A DNA stretch of 64,000 nt from Candidatus Tidjanibacter gallistercoris (GCA_019114205.1 DXFY01000075.1:15297-79296), one strand, 5' to 3'; shown: positions 28,080 to 39,118, counted from the first letter of the stretch. Numbers and translations: made by a program. The notes: generated by a model not told the origin, from the letters alone.

Positions 28080-28901
28080 TTAGTCGGCAAAGATAGTAAA
28101 ATATGCGAAAACAAACGGCACGGAGAAAATCAATGCGTCGAAGCGGTCCATAAAACCGCCGTGCCCCGGAATGATAGCTCCGGCATCCTTCACGCCGGCC
28201 GACCGTTTGAACATCGACTCCACCAGGTCGCCCAGTACGCCGCTGACCACCACGACCAGGGCGAGTCCTCCCCACCAGAGCATGCACCCGCCGCGCAGAT
28301 AACCGCAGAGCAAGCCGAAAGCGACGGCGAATACCAACCCGCCGAAAAAACCTTCCCACGACTTCTTGGGCGAAACCCGTTCGAACATCTTGTGTTTGCC
28401 GAACAACACCCCCGTGAGGTAGGCGAAAATATCGTTGACCCACACCGTGAAAATATAGCAGAGCATCGTCCGTGCATCGTACGCCCCACCGTAAAACGCC
28501 ACGAAGCACATCAACGACATGGGCATCGCAGCATAGACGAGCCCGCCCACCGCGACGGAAATGCGCATGAACGGCTCCGGATGTCTCCGGCAGAGTTCAT
28601 ACACGAAAATCACATATACGAGCGGAAAGAACAACGACAGCCACACGACGGGCAGCGTTCCGCGGGCTACGAGGAAACTCATCACGACAGCCACGCCGCC
28701 CACGACGACCGGATAGGCGCGGCCGACGACGATATCCTTTTTTCCTGCCATACGGTAAAACTCCCACAGGCTGCCCGTACATATCGCCAACATGAGCGCC
28801 GCGAAGCCGTATTCCGACACGGAGACCGCTCCCACGACGAGCAGCAGCAACACCGCACCGCTGAGCGTCCTTACCGCCAATTCCTTACCAAACTTCGCCA
28901 T
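28080..28901 (-). CDS. cdsA: Phosphatidate cytidylyltransferase
   Basis: VWVNDIFAY, SPKKSWEG and GDLVESMFKR..GVKD.G.IIPGHGGFMDRFD. Confidence 0.95.
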   Translation of the reverse strand: MAKFGKELAVRTLSGAVLLLLVVGAVSVSEYGFAALMLAICTGSLWEFYRMAGKKDIVVGRAYPVVVGGVAVVMSFLVARGTLPVVWLSLFFPLVYVIFVYELCRRHPEPFMRISVAVGGLVYAAMPMSLMCFVAFYGGAYDARTMLCYIFTVWVNDIFAYLTGVLFGKHKMFERVSPKKSWEGFFGGLVFAVAFGLLCGYLRGGCMLWWGGLALVVVVSGVLGDLVESMFKRSAGVKDAGAIIPGHGGFMDRFDALIFSVPFVFAYFTIFAD

Positions 28902-29539
28902 ATCCAAAAATTTACGCCCCGCTCCAGCCGGCTATTCAGCCGCACCCGTCGCGTCGCAGCGACCCGCAACGACAAAAATATGGAATAAATTCGAACTGCC
29001 TAAATCGCAATCAGAAAATACACCTTTTTCCGACAATAACCACATGTTTGTTGTTCCGGCTTAGTCCTCGACGAACCGGACGTACCGCCGCGGGGAACAA
29101 GCCGCGAAAGATACAAAATATCCGGTACGAAACGGGGATTCCCCGGATAAACACATAAGACATTGGAGACCTTGCCAGGATGTACGCATCAACCGTTTCC
29201 GACGAAAGACACAAATACAGCGAATACCGTCATAACAGTTCTCAACCGTCACTCCTACACGGGAGGTCTGTGCATCATGTCACATCCGCTTCTCTTCATT
29301 CCTATTATGCCCGCGGAATTCATGTCGGTGTTTTTCCAAGTCTCTTTTTCCGGAACCACGGTCAGACATAAAACTGTTATCTAAAGAGAATTTTGCGCCG
29401 TTCCCTTTCCATCAACCGTTTCCCTTACCTGCCGGATAACAACGGGTTATCCCCAATCGTGGACAGCCCCTGACATTATTCAATACAAAAAAATATCATG
29501 ACATTTATATTGCCATTTCGTGCAAACGGCCCAAATACA

Positions 29540-29567
29540 AACGGGCGGAACTTCGGTTCCGCCCGTT
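29540..29567 (-). terminator. Terminator downstream of ftsH (12-bp stem, cTTCGg loop as read on plus)
   Basis: aacgggcggaac-ttcg-gttccgcccgtt; on minus it is followed by tgtattt. Confidence 0.75.
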
Positions 29568-29611
29568 CATGTCAGGCAATCGCACCTTTTATAGTCTGAT
29601 AAGATATGCCG

Positions 29612-31657
29612 TCACTTTTCCGGTTCAGCCTCCCGCACGGAAACGGTGCCGTCCCCGGACGCGGACGCTCCGGCGCATGCCGCTTCCGCAACCGGTGCGG
29701 AAGCACTCCCGGCCGCCGCAGCTGCGGCTTCCGCCTGCTCCTTTTTAATGTCCTTGATGCGCTTGCCGAAAATGCGTTCGAGGTCTTCCGAAAAGACCAC
29801 TTCCTTTTCGAGCAACAGTTCGGCCAGCCGCGTGAATCCTTTCCGGTGCTCCCTGAGTACGTTTGTGGCGAGCGCGAACGCCTCGTCGAGCAAGCGTTTC
29901 ACCTCCCTGTCGATAAGTTCCGCCGTCCGTTCGCTGTACGGTTTGGTCAGCGCCATGTCCGACTGGCCCGACGAATCGTAATAGCTCATGTTGCCCACCG
30001 TGTCGCTCATACCGAGATAAGCCACCATCGAATAGGCCCTTTTGGTAGCCACTTCGAGGTCGTTCAGCGCTCCGGAACCCAGTGTGTCGAACACCAGCTT
30101 CTCGGCCGCCCGGCCGCCGAGCGTAGAGGCGATGTCGTCCATGATTTGCTCGCGGGTGGTCACCTGGCGTTCTTCGGGCAGGTACCAAGCCGCGCCGAGC
30201 GCGCGTCCGCGGGGGATGATGGTCACCTTGATGAGCGGGTTGGCATGTTCGAGTATCCAGCTCACCGTTGCGTGTCCGGCCTCGTGGTATGCGATAAGCC
30301 GTTTTTCTTCCGGCGTGATTATCATGTTCTTCCGCTCCAGACCGCCCACAATCCTGTCGATGGCACTGAGAAAATCTTCGCGTTCGACGAACTTCTTGTC
30401 GTGACGAGCCGCGATGAGGGCCGCCTCGTTGCAGACGTTGGCGATGTCGGCCCCGGAAAAGCCCGGCGTCTGCCGGGCGAGGAACTCCCGGTCGAGGTCG
30501 GGGGCGAGTTTGATGCTGCGCAGGTGCACGTCGAATATCTCGGCCCGTTCTTTGATATCGGGCAGCCCGACCTCAATCTGCCGGTCGAAACGGCCGGCAC
30601 GCATCAGCGCCTTGTCCAGTATGTCGGCACGGTTCGTGGCCGCAAGGATAATCACGCCCGAATTGGTGCCGAAGCCGTCCATTTCCGTCAGGAGCTGGTT
30701 GAGCGTATTTTCGCGCTCGTCGTTGCTGGAGAATCCCGCGTTCTTGCTGCGGGCACGCCCCACGGCGTCTATTTCGTCGATGAACACGATGCAGGGCGCC
30801 TTTTCCTTGGCTTGCCGGAATAGGTCGCGCACACGCGAGGCACCCACCCCGACGAACATTTCCACGAAATCCGAACCGCTCATCGTAAAGAACGGCACGT
30901 TTGCTTCGCCGGCCACGGCCTTGGCGAGCAGCGTCTTGCCCGTTCCGGGAGGACCCACGAGCAGGGCGCCTTTCGGTATCTTGCCGCCGAGCTCCCGGTA
31001 CTTCTGCGGGTTGCGCAGGAAATCCACGATTTCCATGATTTCGACCTTCGCCTCTTCCAGACCGGCCACATCCTTGAACGTCACCCGGTCCTTGTTGTTG
31101 GCGTCGAACATCTGGGCCTTCGCCTTGCCGACATTGAACACGCCACCCTGACCGCCCCCGGCATTTTTCGACGCATTGCGCATCATGACGATGAAAAACA
31201 CCATCAGCAGGATGAACGGCAGGAAGCCGAGCACGTCGAGCCAGATGTTGTGTTTCGTTTCGTAGGTGAGCAGCACCGACTGCCCGTACTGCTCCTCGGC
31301 CCTGTCCAGGTCCTGCCGGAACGTGGCCACGTCGCCTATGTTGAAGACGAACTGCGTTCCGCGGCGCGGAATGTTCCGGTATTCGCTCTGCGAGGCGTAC
31401 TTTTCCACCGCACCGCTCCGGAGCCGGACATTCGCCTGTTCCTTGTTCACCACTTCGATGCTCTCCACATCGCCGTCGGCTATCATTTGTTCGACGGTGT
31501 TCCAGTTGGTTTTCACGGGCGACTCGCCGCTCCCCAGCCACGACCAGCCGATGATAAGCAGGAACAGAAGCCCGTAAATCCACATGCCGTAGCCCATCGG
31601 CCGTATCTGGGGACGTTTGCCGCCGTTCTTATTGTTGTTCTGGTTTCTGGATGCCAT
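29612..31657 (-). CDS. ftsH: ATP-dependent zinc metalloprotease FtsH
   Basis: Two TM helices, [24 protein letters not shown] and HEAGH. Confidence 0.97.
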   Translation of the reverse strand: MASRNQNNNKNGGKRPQIRPMGYGMWIYGLLFLLIIGWSWLGSGESPVKTNWNTVEQMIADGDVESIEVVNKEQANVRLRSGAVEKYASQSEYRNIPRRGTQFVFNIGDVATFRQDLDRAEEQYGQSVLLTYETKHNIWLDVLGFLPFILLMVFFIVMMRNASKNAGGGQGGVFNVGKAKAQMFDANNKDRVTFKDVAGLEEAKVEIMEIVDFLRNPQKYRELGGKIPKGALLVGPPGTGKTLLAKAVAGEANVPFFTMSGSDFVEMFVGVGASRVRDLFRQAKEKAPCIVFIDEIDAVGRARSKNAGFSSNDERENTLNQLLTEMDGFGTNSGVIILAATNRADILDKALMRAGRFDRQIEVGLPDIKERAEIFDVHLRSIKLAPDLDREFLARQTPGFSGADIANVCNEAALIAARHDKKFVEREDFLSAIDRIVGGLERKNMIITPEEKRLIAYHEAGHATVSWILEHANPLIKVTIIPRGRALGAAWYLPEERQVTTREQIMDDIASTLGGRAAEKLVFDTLGSGALNDLEVATKRAYSMVAYLGMSDTVGNMSYYDSSGQSDMALTKPYSERTAELIDREVKRLLDEAFALATNVLREHRKGFTRLAELLLEKEVVFSEDLERIFGKRIKDIKKEQAEAAAAAAGSASAPVAEAACAGASASGDGTVSVREAEPEK

Positions 31658-31743
31658 TATTTTTCTCTATACGTTCAATTCTGTCGCTGCGGCACGCATC
31701 GGAGTCCGTGCCGCGGAACATTAACGCGGTTCCCCGCATTTTA

Positions 31744-32094
31744 TTACTCCCACTCGCCGTACCGGACCGTCGGTGCGTCGGCCCAGAGTTCCTCCAGCCG
31801 GTAGAACTCGCGGGCCTGCGTCTGGAACACGTGTACCATGACATCCATGTAATCGACCACCACCCAGATGGCGTTCTGCATGCCCTCGATTCTGCGCGGC
31901 CGCTGGCCGAGCCGTTCGAACACCTGCTCCTCGATACCGTCCGCAATGGCGGCCACCTGCGTGGTGGATTCCGCACTGCAAACCACGAAAGCATCCGCGA
32001 CCGCACCATCGAATCCTCTCAGGTCGAGCGAAAGGATGTTCTTTCCCTTTTTATCTTCTATCGCCGAAACGACTGCTTCCAACAATTCTTCCAT
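31744..32094 (-). CDS. rsfS: Ribosome silencing factor RsfS
   Basis: EDKKG.NI..LDL, FVVCS, W.VVDY.DV.VHVF and FY.LE.LW. Confidence 0.93.
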   Translation of the reverse strand: MEELLEAVVSAIEDKKGKNILSLDLRGFDGAVADAFVVCSAESTTQVAAIADGIEEQVFERLGQRPRRIEGMQNAIWVVVDYMDVMVHVFQTQAREFYRLEELWADAPTVRYGEWE

Positions 32095-32193
32095 ACCTAA
32101 TTATCCGTATCATTGCACGGGCGTCGGCAAATGTACATCTTTTTCGCCACATTCACGCCGCACCCGCATTTATGCGCCTTCCCGCTTCCCGTC

Positions 32194-33093
32194 TCACGCG
32201 ACCGGCACGGCTGCCACGGCCGCCACCGATTCCTTGAGTACCCTGACGATGGAATCCTTCACATAGGTACGCCGCACGGCCACCGCTATCTTGCGCGAGA
32301 CGGCTCCCTTGGCCAGCGGCTTCACCTGAGCGGCATGTTCGCAGGCGACGTACGGCACGGCCATTTCGGGGATGATGGTCATGAATTCCGTGCTGTCCAC
32401 AATGCGCATGAGCGTTTCGAGCGACCCGCTCTCGAAATAGTACGAAGCGTGCTTTCCGCCCTTCGACGGACACAAGTCGAGTATCTGGTCGCGGAAACAA
32501 TGTCCTTCGGACAGAAGCAGCATCTCCTTCAAGTCGAGGTCTTCGAGCCGGATATTGGAACGCTCGAACAGCCTGTGTGCCGGCGAAACGTAGGCGTAAA
32601 ACCGGTCGTCGAAAATACAGTCCTCGGTAATTCCTTCCGGACACGTTCCTCCCGCAAGGATGGCGGCGTCTATCTCGTCGTGCTCCATGGCCCGGACAAT
32701 CTGCGGAGTTATCATCTCCTTAATCTCCAGATGCACGTCCGGACAGCGGCCCGCGAAATCCTGCACCATGCGCGGAAGCAGATACGGCGCGATGGTCGGT
32801 ATCACCCCCAGGCGCAGCACGCCGGATATGGTTCCCTTGAGCACGGCCACATCCTCATAGACCGAATGGAACGTCCTGACCGCCTCCCGCGCCCGCTCCG
32901 CGACCACCTCTCCGGCCTGCGTCAGCACCACGGGCTTTTTCGACCGGTCGAGCAGCACGACGCCGAGCTCCTCTTCGAGGTTCTTTATCTGCATGCTCAA
33001 CGAGGGCTGGGTAACGAAACTCCTTTCGGCCGCGAGCGAAAAACTGCCGAAATTCACCACCGCGAGCAAATATTCCAACTGTACAATCGTCAT
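32194..33093 (-). CDS. oxyR: Hydrogen peroxide-inducible genes activator OxyR (LysR family)
   Basis: LysR HTH (TQPSLSMQIK), IPTIAPYLLP, and both redox cysteines in EGHCFRDQILDLC. Confidence 0.88.
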   Translation of the reverse strand: MTIVQLEYLLAVVNFGSFSLAAERSFVTQPSLSMQIKNLEEELGVVLLDRSKKPVVLTQAGEVVAERAREAVRTFHSVYEDVAVLKGTISGVLRLGVIPTIAPYLLPRMVQDFAGRCPDVHLEIKEMITPQIVRAMEHDEIDAAILAGGTCPEGITEDCIFDDRFYAYVSPAHRLFERSNIRLEDLDLKEMLLLSEGHCFRDQILDLCPSKGGKHASYYFESGSLETLMRIVDSTEFMTIIPEMAVPYVACEHAAQVKPLAKGAVSRKIAVAVRRTYVKDSIVRVLKESVAAVAAVPVA

Positions 33094-33217
33094 CTCAGAA
33101 GCTATAACGAGCCACAAAAGTATAAAAAATAACTATACGGCAAAACGCACCCGTTCCGGAAGGCACCGCCTCCGGTACGACGGCAGCACGACCGGTATCC
33201 GAAATCCGGCACTCCTC

Positions 33218-33826
33218 TCAGGGGAGCATTCCCGCATCGGCAAACATCCTGCCGTAAACCGCCGCCTTCTCGGCGAGCGGCTTGGGATAGGCGCGCGATG
33301 TGGAAGGCATGCGGTAGAAACGCACCGTGCGGCCGGAGGCTTCCAACTCCGTGAAGCATCCCACCGCAGGCGCAGGACACCCCGCGACCGCCGCGAGGGT
33401 ATCCGCCGCCTTCTGGCCCGTCGTCACTACGGTACGGCAATCCGGCAGCCGTTCCAGCATGCCGGCCAGGTCGAACGGGCGCACCACCTCCAGGAACCTG
33501 TCCGAGGCGTTGCCCCGCACACGAACCACTTCGGCAGCGGTATCGGAAAGAGCGATTCCTCGTTCCCGGCAAAACGCCGCGACCGCCTCCCTGTCGAAAT
33601 GTCTGCCGTCCGGCGCCACGAACCGTTCCCGGTCGCCGAAAAATACCAACCCCATCACGCGCCACATGTCGTTCTGGAAGTTGGGATAATAGAACTCCAT
33701 CGACCACCGCGAACGGGCCGGCGGAAAACTGCCGAGCATCAACAGCCGCGCTCCCTCCGGCAGAAAAGGTTCGAGGGGATGTTCCTCGGCCGGATGCGAA
33801 ACGACGGCTTTTTCATCCATAACCAT
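33218..33826 (-). CDS. Uracil-DNA glycosylase-like family protein (GSFPP type)
   Basis: HPLEPF, LMLGSFPP, FYYPNFQNDMWR, NASD..L and MPSTSRAY. Confidence 0.8.
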   Translation of the reverse strand: MVMDEKAVVSHPAEEHPLEPFLPEGARLLMLGSFPPARSRWSMEFYYPNFQNDMWRVMGLVFFGDRERFVAPDGRHFDREAVAAFCRERGIALSDTAAEVVRVRGNASDRFLEVVRPFDLAGMLERLPDCRTVVTTGQKAADTLAAVAGCPAPAVGCFTELEASGRTVRFYRMPSTSRAYPKPLAEKAAVYGRMFADAGMLP

Positions 33827-34229
33827 ACCGAAAAATTACATTCAATCCGTTTTCCGATTCTTCCCGCAGCACCGCGGCGGCCGTGCGGCAGGCAGCCCGA
33901 AGCAGCAACCGCCGTACCTTAATGCACGCAACCGCACAAGGACGACTTCTTCCGGCAAACAGAATACAATATATAAAGCGCCGTCCAGAAAGCAACGCAC
34001 AACCAGCACCGGCCGGCCGAAACCTCACTGCCCCCCGCCGTACAGCGTTCAAACAAACAGGGCCTTTGTTCGTCACTCCGGCTGCGGGCAGCAGAAACGA
34101 ACGCCGCATCGTTCCGGCCCGCCTCGCCCCTTCTTCCGGGAAGAAGTGCCGCAGCGCCCTCCCGGAAGCATGCACGCTGCCGAACTGCCGCCGCAAGCGT
34201 CCCTGCTCCGACTGCACGGATTCCGGAAG

Positions 34230-35375
34230 CTACAGCACCTCTTCGAGAATACGGCGCGCCACGGCTCCCGTCACGTTATGCGCTTCGCCGAAGGCCACGC
34301 CCCGCTCGTTGAAACGGCGTTCGATTTCGAGTATCGTCTCCCGGCCGATTCCCACCTCGTGAAGCCGCGTCTGCAATCCCAGCGAGCGGAAGAACGCCTC
34401 GGTAGCATCGATGGTACGTGCGGCACGCTCCTCGTCGCTGCCCTCCGTAATCCCCCATACGCGCTCGCCGTACTGAAGGATTTTCGTCATTTTCTGGTCG
34501 CGCAGCACCTTCAGCAGGCCGGGAAACACGATGGCCAGCGTATGCCCGTGCGTGAGGCCGTCGATGGCCGTCAGTTCGTGTCCGATTTGGTGCGTCGCCC
34601 AGTCTTCCGTAACGCCCATGGCGATGAAACCGTTGAGCCCCATCGTGGCGCAGAGCATATAATCGGCCATACGGTCGTAGTCGTGCGAATTCTCCAGCAC
34701 CTTCGGAGCCGTCTCGACCAGCGTCTGAAGAATGCCCTCGCTCCAGCGGTCCATCAGGGGCGACTGCCCCGTCGTGGTCATGTACTGCTCCATGACATGG
34801 ATGAACGTATCGGCGATGCCGGCAGCTATCTGATACTTCGGAAGCGAAAACGTCGTCTGCGGGTCGAGTATCGAAAAGCGCGGATAATCCACCCGCATGC
34901 CGTATTTCTCCTTTGTTTCGATGCTCGATATGACCGCGTTACGGTTCATTTCCGATGCGGTGGCCGGAAGCGTCATCACATCCCCGAAGGGCAGAATCTC
35001 ACCGATGCGGCTGCCGTCCAGCACCAAGTCCCAGGCATCGCCGTCGTAACGCACCGCCGCTGCAATGAGCTTCGTACCGTCGAGTACAGAGCCTCCGCCC
35101 ACGGCGAGCAGGAATCCGACTCCCTCGCGCTTGCACTGCTCCACGGCCCGGCGCAGGGTCTCGATTTTGGGATTGGGCTCGATGCCCCAGAACTCGACAT
35201 AGTCGCGACCGGCCAATGCCGCCGTAACCTGCTCGTACACGCCGTTTTTCTTCACGCTGCCGCCACCGAAGGTCACCATTATTTTTACCCCCTGGGGGAT
35301 TTCGTCCTTCAGACGGGCTATCATTCCCTTGCCGAATATCAGTTTCGTAGGGTTCCGAAAAATGAAATTCTCCAT
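34230..35375 (-). CDS. Iron-containing alcohol/aldehyde dehydrogenase (YqhD/Bdh-like)
   Basis: GGGSVKKNG, GIEPNP, GGGSVLDGTK, TLPATASE, DTFIHVMEQY and H.IGHELTA..G..H. Confidence 0.92.
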   Translation of the reverse strand: MENFIFRNPTKLIFGKGMIARLKDEIPQGVKIMVTFGGGSVKKNGVYEQVTAALAGRDYVEFWGIEPNPKIETLRRAVEQCKREGVGFLLAVGGGSVLDGTKLIAAAVRYDGDAWDLVLDGSRIGEILPFGDVMTLPATASEMNRNAVISSIETKEKYGMRVDYPRFSILDPQTTFSLPKYQIAAGIADTFIHVMEQYMTTTGQSPLMDRWSEGILQTLVETAPKVLENSHDYDRMADYMLCATMGLNGFIAMGVTEDWATHQIGHELTAIDGLTHGHTLAIVFPGLLKVLRDQKMTKILQYGERVWGITEGSDEERAARTIDATEAFFRSLGLQTRLHEVGIGRETILEIERRFNERGVAFGEAHNVTGAVARRILEEVL

Positions 35376-35379
35376 ACGC

Positions 35380-35889
35380 TTATTCCTTGATATAAACCTT
35401 TTCTATGGCACAAATATAGACATAATGAAAATCTTTCTCCGGATACCAGGCATCTATCAGCTCCTTTTCGAGAAATTCCGCAGGGCCGAGCCTGTCCCGG
35501 TACATCTTGCGGCATTCGAGCACGACCCCGGCACCGCCGATGTAAGGCGTTCCCGCCGGAGTACGTTCCGTCGTCAGCCCCGCAGCGGCTATTTTGTCTC
35601 CGTCGCGACCGCTGTGCGAACCGCAGTAGGCCAACGCACTGCGGTACTCCCCGCCCATGAACGACAGCGTCAGCCGTTCCTCGGCATCCACCAGTTCCCT
35701 CGTGTAGCGCTGGGGCCGTATATAAACCGTCGCAGCCGGGCATCCCCAGATGACGCCCATACCGCCCCAACTCGCGGTCATCGTATTGCACCGCGCTCCG
35801 CCGGCGGTGACCAGCATCCACTGCCGACCTATCATTTCGATTACGTTACCGGGCATCTCCTCCGCCGGTATCTCCTTATAACCCTTCAT
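35380..35889 (-). CDS. Flavin reductase family protein
   Basis: WMLVTAG, NTMTASWGG.G, YIRPQRYT, CGSHSGRD.DK and H.VYI. Confidence 0.9.
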   Translation of the reverse strand: MKGYKEIPAEEMPGNVIEMIGRQWMLVTAGGARCNTMTASWGGMGVIWGCPAATVYIRPQRYTRELVDAEERLTLSFMGGEYRSALAYCGSHSGRDGDKIAAAGLTTERTPAGTPYIGGAGVVLECRKMYRDRLGPAEFLEKELIDAWYPEKDFHYVYICAIEKVYIKE

Positions 35890-36141
35890 TACTGCCTCCT
35901 TTCTTATCGATTATCGCATACGCGGACCGGCCCGCAGCCGCCCGCAGCATGCATCCTTGCATATAACGTACCGTTCCGGACCAAACGTGCTCCCTGCAAG
36001 ACCTTTCCGTCACCACCGGCAGAAATGCCGCACCCTTGCGACGCCACCCGACGGCATACCCAAAGATACGTCGTTTGCGGCGACCGGAACCATCCATTTC
36101 GATTTTTTTCCGAAAATATTTGCACCGAACGCTTTTTTACC

Positions 36142-36149
36142 TATCTTTG
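36142..36149 (+). promoter_or_regulatory. -7 promoter element (TATCTTTG) for tRNA-Glu/rpsT
   Basis: Exact TAnnTTTG about 30 nt upstream of the tRNA. Confidence 0.7.
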
Positions 36150-36179
36150 CACCGCGAAAGTTTCAAACGACCTTTCCAC

Positions 36180-36251
36180 GGCCCATTCGTCTATCGGCTA
36201 GGACGCAAGATTTTCATTCTTGAAAGAGGAGTTCGATTCTCCTATGGGCTA
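36180..36251 (+). tRNA. tRNA-Glu(TTC)
   Basis: GGCCCATTCGTCTATCGGCTAGGACGCAAGATTTTCATTCTTGAAAGAGGAGTTCGATTCTCCTATGGGCTA; anticodon stem CAAGA/TCTTG, loop TTTTCAT. Confidence 0.95.
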
Positions 36252-36275
36252 CAAAGTTAAAAACAGCAACAAAAC

Positions 36276-36527
36276 ATGGCAAATCATAAATCGTCACTAA
36301 AGAGGATTCGTCAGACTGAAGCCCACAGGCTCCAGAACAGATACTATCACAAAACCGCCCGCAACGCCGTGAAGGCACTGCGCAATACGACGGACAAGGC
36401 GGCTGCCGAAGCGCTTCTGCCGAAAGTGAGCGCCATGCTCGACAAGCTCGCCAAGAGGAACATCATCCACGCCAACAAGGCCGGCAACCTCAAGAGCAGT
36501 ATCCAGAAACACGTGAACGCATTATAG
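36276..36527 (+). CDS. rpsT: 30S ribosomal protein S20
   Basis: [13 protein letters not shown] and [14 protein letters not shown]. Confidence 0.98.
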   Translation: MANHKSSLKRIRQTEAHRLQNRYYHKTARNAVKALRNTTDKAAAEALLPKVSAMLDKLAKRNIIHANKAGNLKSSIQKHVNAL

Positions 36528-36551
36528 TACACGGGGCTCCGGAAACAAAAT

Positions 36552-36580
36552 AAAGGGTATGCGCAGAGCATACCCTTTTC
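36552..36580 (+). terminator. Intrinsic terminator after rpsT
   Basis: aaagggtatgc-gcaga-gcatacccttt followed by tc. Confidence 0.75.
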
Positions 36581-36741
36581 GTATTGTCGGTCTTCCGGGC
36601 GCCCTCCCCTCGCATACAGTCCTTCTTCCCGTGCAGCAACGCCTCCGTCCCGTACAATGCAATGGATGCACGAGACAAGCATTTCCCCACCGACCGTATT
36701 CAATCCGGTCTTTCTTCCCTTGTCATGCGGTACGGCGCGGG

Positions 36742-37593
36742 TTAACGCCCGCCCGCAAAATCATACAGCATGGCTATTTCGGCCGGCCAGCGTGCAGGGT
36801 CGGGGGTTTCGAGGATGACGGGCATGCCGTCGAACCGGGCATCGGATGCGATGTACCGAAAAGCGTCGAGTCCAATCGTCCCTTCTCCGAGGGGAGCATG
36901 GCGGTCGACACGGCTGCCCAGCGGCTTCATGGCATCGTTCAGATGCATGCCGCGCAGGTATTTCATAGATACCGTGCGGTCGAGCAATGCGAACGTGGCA
37001 TCGCATGCCTCCGCGGAAGAGAGGTCGTATCCGGCAGCGAACGCATGACACGTATCGATGCAGTAGCCTACGCGCGACTTGTCTTCCACCTTGTCGATGA
37101 TATAGGCGAGGTGCTCGAAATCGAATCCGACGTTGGAACCCTGGCCTGCGGTATTCTCGATGACGGCCGTTACGCCTTCTGTCCGGTCGAGGGCGATATT
37201 GATGCTCTCGGCCACCCGGTCGAGACACTCCTCCACCGTAATCCGACCGAGGTGACTTCCCGGATGAAAATTGAGCCGGTCGAGACCGAGCTCGCCGCAA
37301 CGGCGCATTTCGTCGATGAAGGCATCGCGCGACCGCTGCAATTCGTCCCGACCGGGATGGCCGAGGTTAATCAAATAGCTGTCATGCGGCAGCACCGACT
37401 GCGGTACGTAGCCGTTGTCGCGGCATGCGAGGCGGAACGCTTCGATTACGTCGCCGGCAAGAGGGACAGCACGCCATTGCCGCTGGTTTTTCGTAAACAA
37501 GGCGAATCCTCCCGCCCCTATCTCGCGCGCATTGGCAGGAGCGTGCTGTACTCCGCCCGATGCGCTCACATGTGCTCCGAAATATTTTGTCAT
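36742..37593 (-). CDS. nfo: Endonuclease IV
   Basis: [54 protein letters not shown] and ILETP. Confidence 0.96.
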   Translation of the reverse strand: MTKYFGAHVSASGGVQHAPANAREIGAGGFALFTKNQRQWRAVPLAGDVIEAFRLACRDNGYVPQSVLPHDSYLINLGHPGRDELQRSRDAFIDEMRRCGELGLDRLNFHPGSHLGRITVEECLDRVAESINIALDRTEGVTAVIENTAGQGSNVGFDFEHLAYIIDKVEDKSRVGYCIDTCHAFAAGYDLSSAEACDATFALLDRTVSMKYLRGMHLNDAMKPLGSRVDRHAPLGEGTIGLDAFRYIASDARFDGMPVILETPDPARWPAEIAMLYDFAGGR

Positions 37594-38116
37594 GGCAACA
37601 TCCGTTTTGCAGGCAAATATACGTAAATATATTTATCGAAAATAAGAGCGCCGACCGGCAGCGGGCACGACGATTCGCCGCATCCGTTTCATTCCGTTTT
37701 TCCCGCCATCGACCGTCCCACGCGAGGCGACCGGTCGCGAAAAACGACACCTGTCCCCCGATGCTGCGCCCGTGCAAACGAGAACGCCGGAAAGTCAAGA
37801 AGTCCGCCGGAATGCCAATCCGACAAACCGTACTTCCTCCGTTCCATCGTCCGCCCTTCGGGAAAGCAGAACGAAAAGATGCCGCAAACCGATGGATACG
37901 ACAGTACGGACCCGATTTTGCATGGTCAAGAAATACGAGCGCAACGGAGGCAGGCAACCCGGCGCCGCCGCACGCACCCTCTCCAAGCCAATACATGCAT
38001 CCCGAACACAGGACCAAGACATCCCGACGGGAGAAGAAAACCCTCTTTCCGGCAGAGCCATACGCCGTTCGTCGCTTTTTTATTACATTTGCATTCGTGA
38101 TAAACCCGGCATCAGG

Positions 38117-39118
38117 ATGAAACGCCCGTCGATAAGCATTTGGTTCCGAACGTTCTGCTTCGCAGCACTGTTCGCACTGTCGGGCACGTATGAATGCTTC
38201 GCGCAGTTCACGATACGCAGACCCGCCGCCGAAACGCAGGAAGCACCCAGGGTATTCGACCGGCTTCCCTCCGTACAGCCGCACAACGCCTATTTCGACC
38301 CGGCTGCAGAACGTGCACGGAAACTGAAACTACGAAGGGAACGCAACACTATCGAGTTCAATGCCTCGCTGGAAACGTCGCTCCAGCAATTCGAACACTG
38401 GACGGGCAGCGGCAGCAACAACTTCTATGCGCTCGCCAACATCTTCTTCCGCCACCAGTACAAGAAGGAAAAGCTCTCGATAGACTACCGCGCCGACGCC
38501 ACGTACGGCATGAACTTCATCGACGACGCTTTCTTCAAAAACAAGGACGAGTTCAAACTCAATTGGCAGCTCGGCTGGGAGATGCACCGCAACTGGTCGT
38601 ATTCCGCTTCAATCAACATCCGGAGCCAGTTTTCGCAGGGTTACAAGTCGCGCACGGAACACATCCTCGTATCGGACTTCATGTCGCCGGGATATTTCGA
38701 CATCGCGGCGGGTTTCACCTACGCCAAGGCGGACAGCCCGTTCAAGGTGACGCTTTCGCCCTTAGGCGGCAACATCGTCACCGTCCTGAACGACATGCTC
38801 CCCGAAGACGGCCGCTACGGTGTTCCCGTGGGCGAACGGGTAACCGGCAAGCTCGGCTATTCGGCCGACGTCTTTTTCGACCGCTCCTTCGGAAAGAAGG
38901 AGTGGCTGCGCTACCGTTCCGACCTTTACTTCTTCATGCCCTACACCGAAATAGACAACCCCACGGTACGGTGGGAAAACACGCTCGAAATAAGGATTAC
39001 CAAATTCATTTCGACCAAACTGTACGGACAGCTCTACTACCGGAAGGAGGACAGCACCTCGCTCCAGTACCAGTATTCGTTCATGATAGGTCTGAAATAC
39101 GTATTCAGGAATAAATAA
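38117..39118 (+). CDS. DUF3078 domain outer-membrane beta-barrel protein
   Basis: Signal region, W..G.NN, D.F.SP.Y..I..GF.Y, and amphipathic strands ending in IGLKYVF. Confidence 0.7.
   Translation: MKRPSISIWFRTFCFAALFALSGTYECFAQFTIRRPAAETQEAPRVFDRLPSVQPHNAYFDPAAERARKLKLRRERNTIEFNASLETSLQQFEHWTGSGSNNFYALANIFFRHQYKKEKLSIDYRADATYGMNFIDDAFFKNKDEFKLNWQLGWEMHRNWSYSASINIRSQFSQGYKSRTEHILVSDFMSPGYFDIAAGFTYAKADSPFKVTLSPLGGNIVTVLNDMLPEDGRYGVPVGERVTGKLGYSADVFFDRSFGKKEWLRYRSDLYFFMPYTEIDNPTVRWENTLEIRITKFISTKLYGQLYYRKEDSTSLQYQYSFMIGLKYVFRNK

Noticed and set aside
29370-29520. Possible oriC (TTATCC-like boxes next to an AT-rich tract)
   Set aside because: Only one near-match to TTATNCACA (ttatcccca) and weak others; intergenic DNA looks C-rich on the plus strand on both sides, so no skew switch is apparent. 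A cumulative GC-skew plot would settle it.
33094-33145. OxyR autoregulatory site
   Set aside because: One ATAG-N7-TTAT half-match near a TACTTTTG box; too degenerate to call.
32194-37593. Dedicated oxidative-stress / DNA-repair island (oxyR, UDG-like, ADH, flavin reductase, nfo)
   Set aside because: Genes are separated by long spacers and interrupted by tRNA-Glu/rpsT, with no shared motif or compositional anomaly; the theme may be coincidental.
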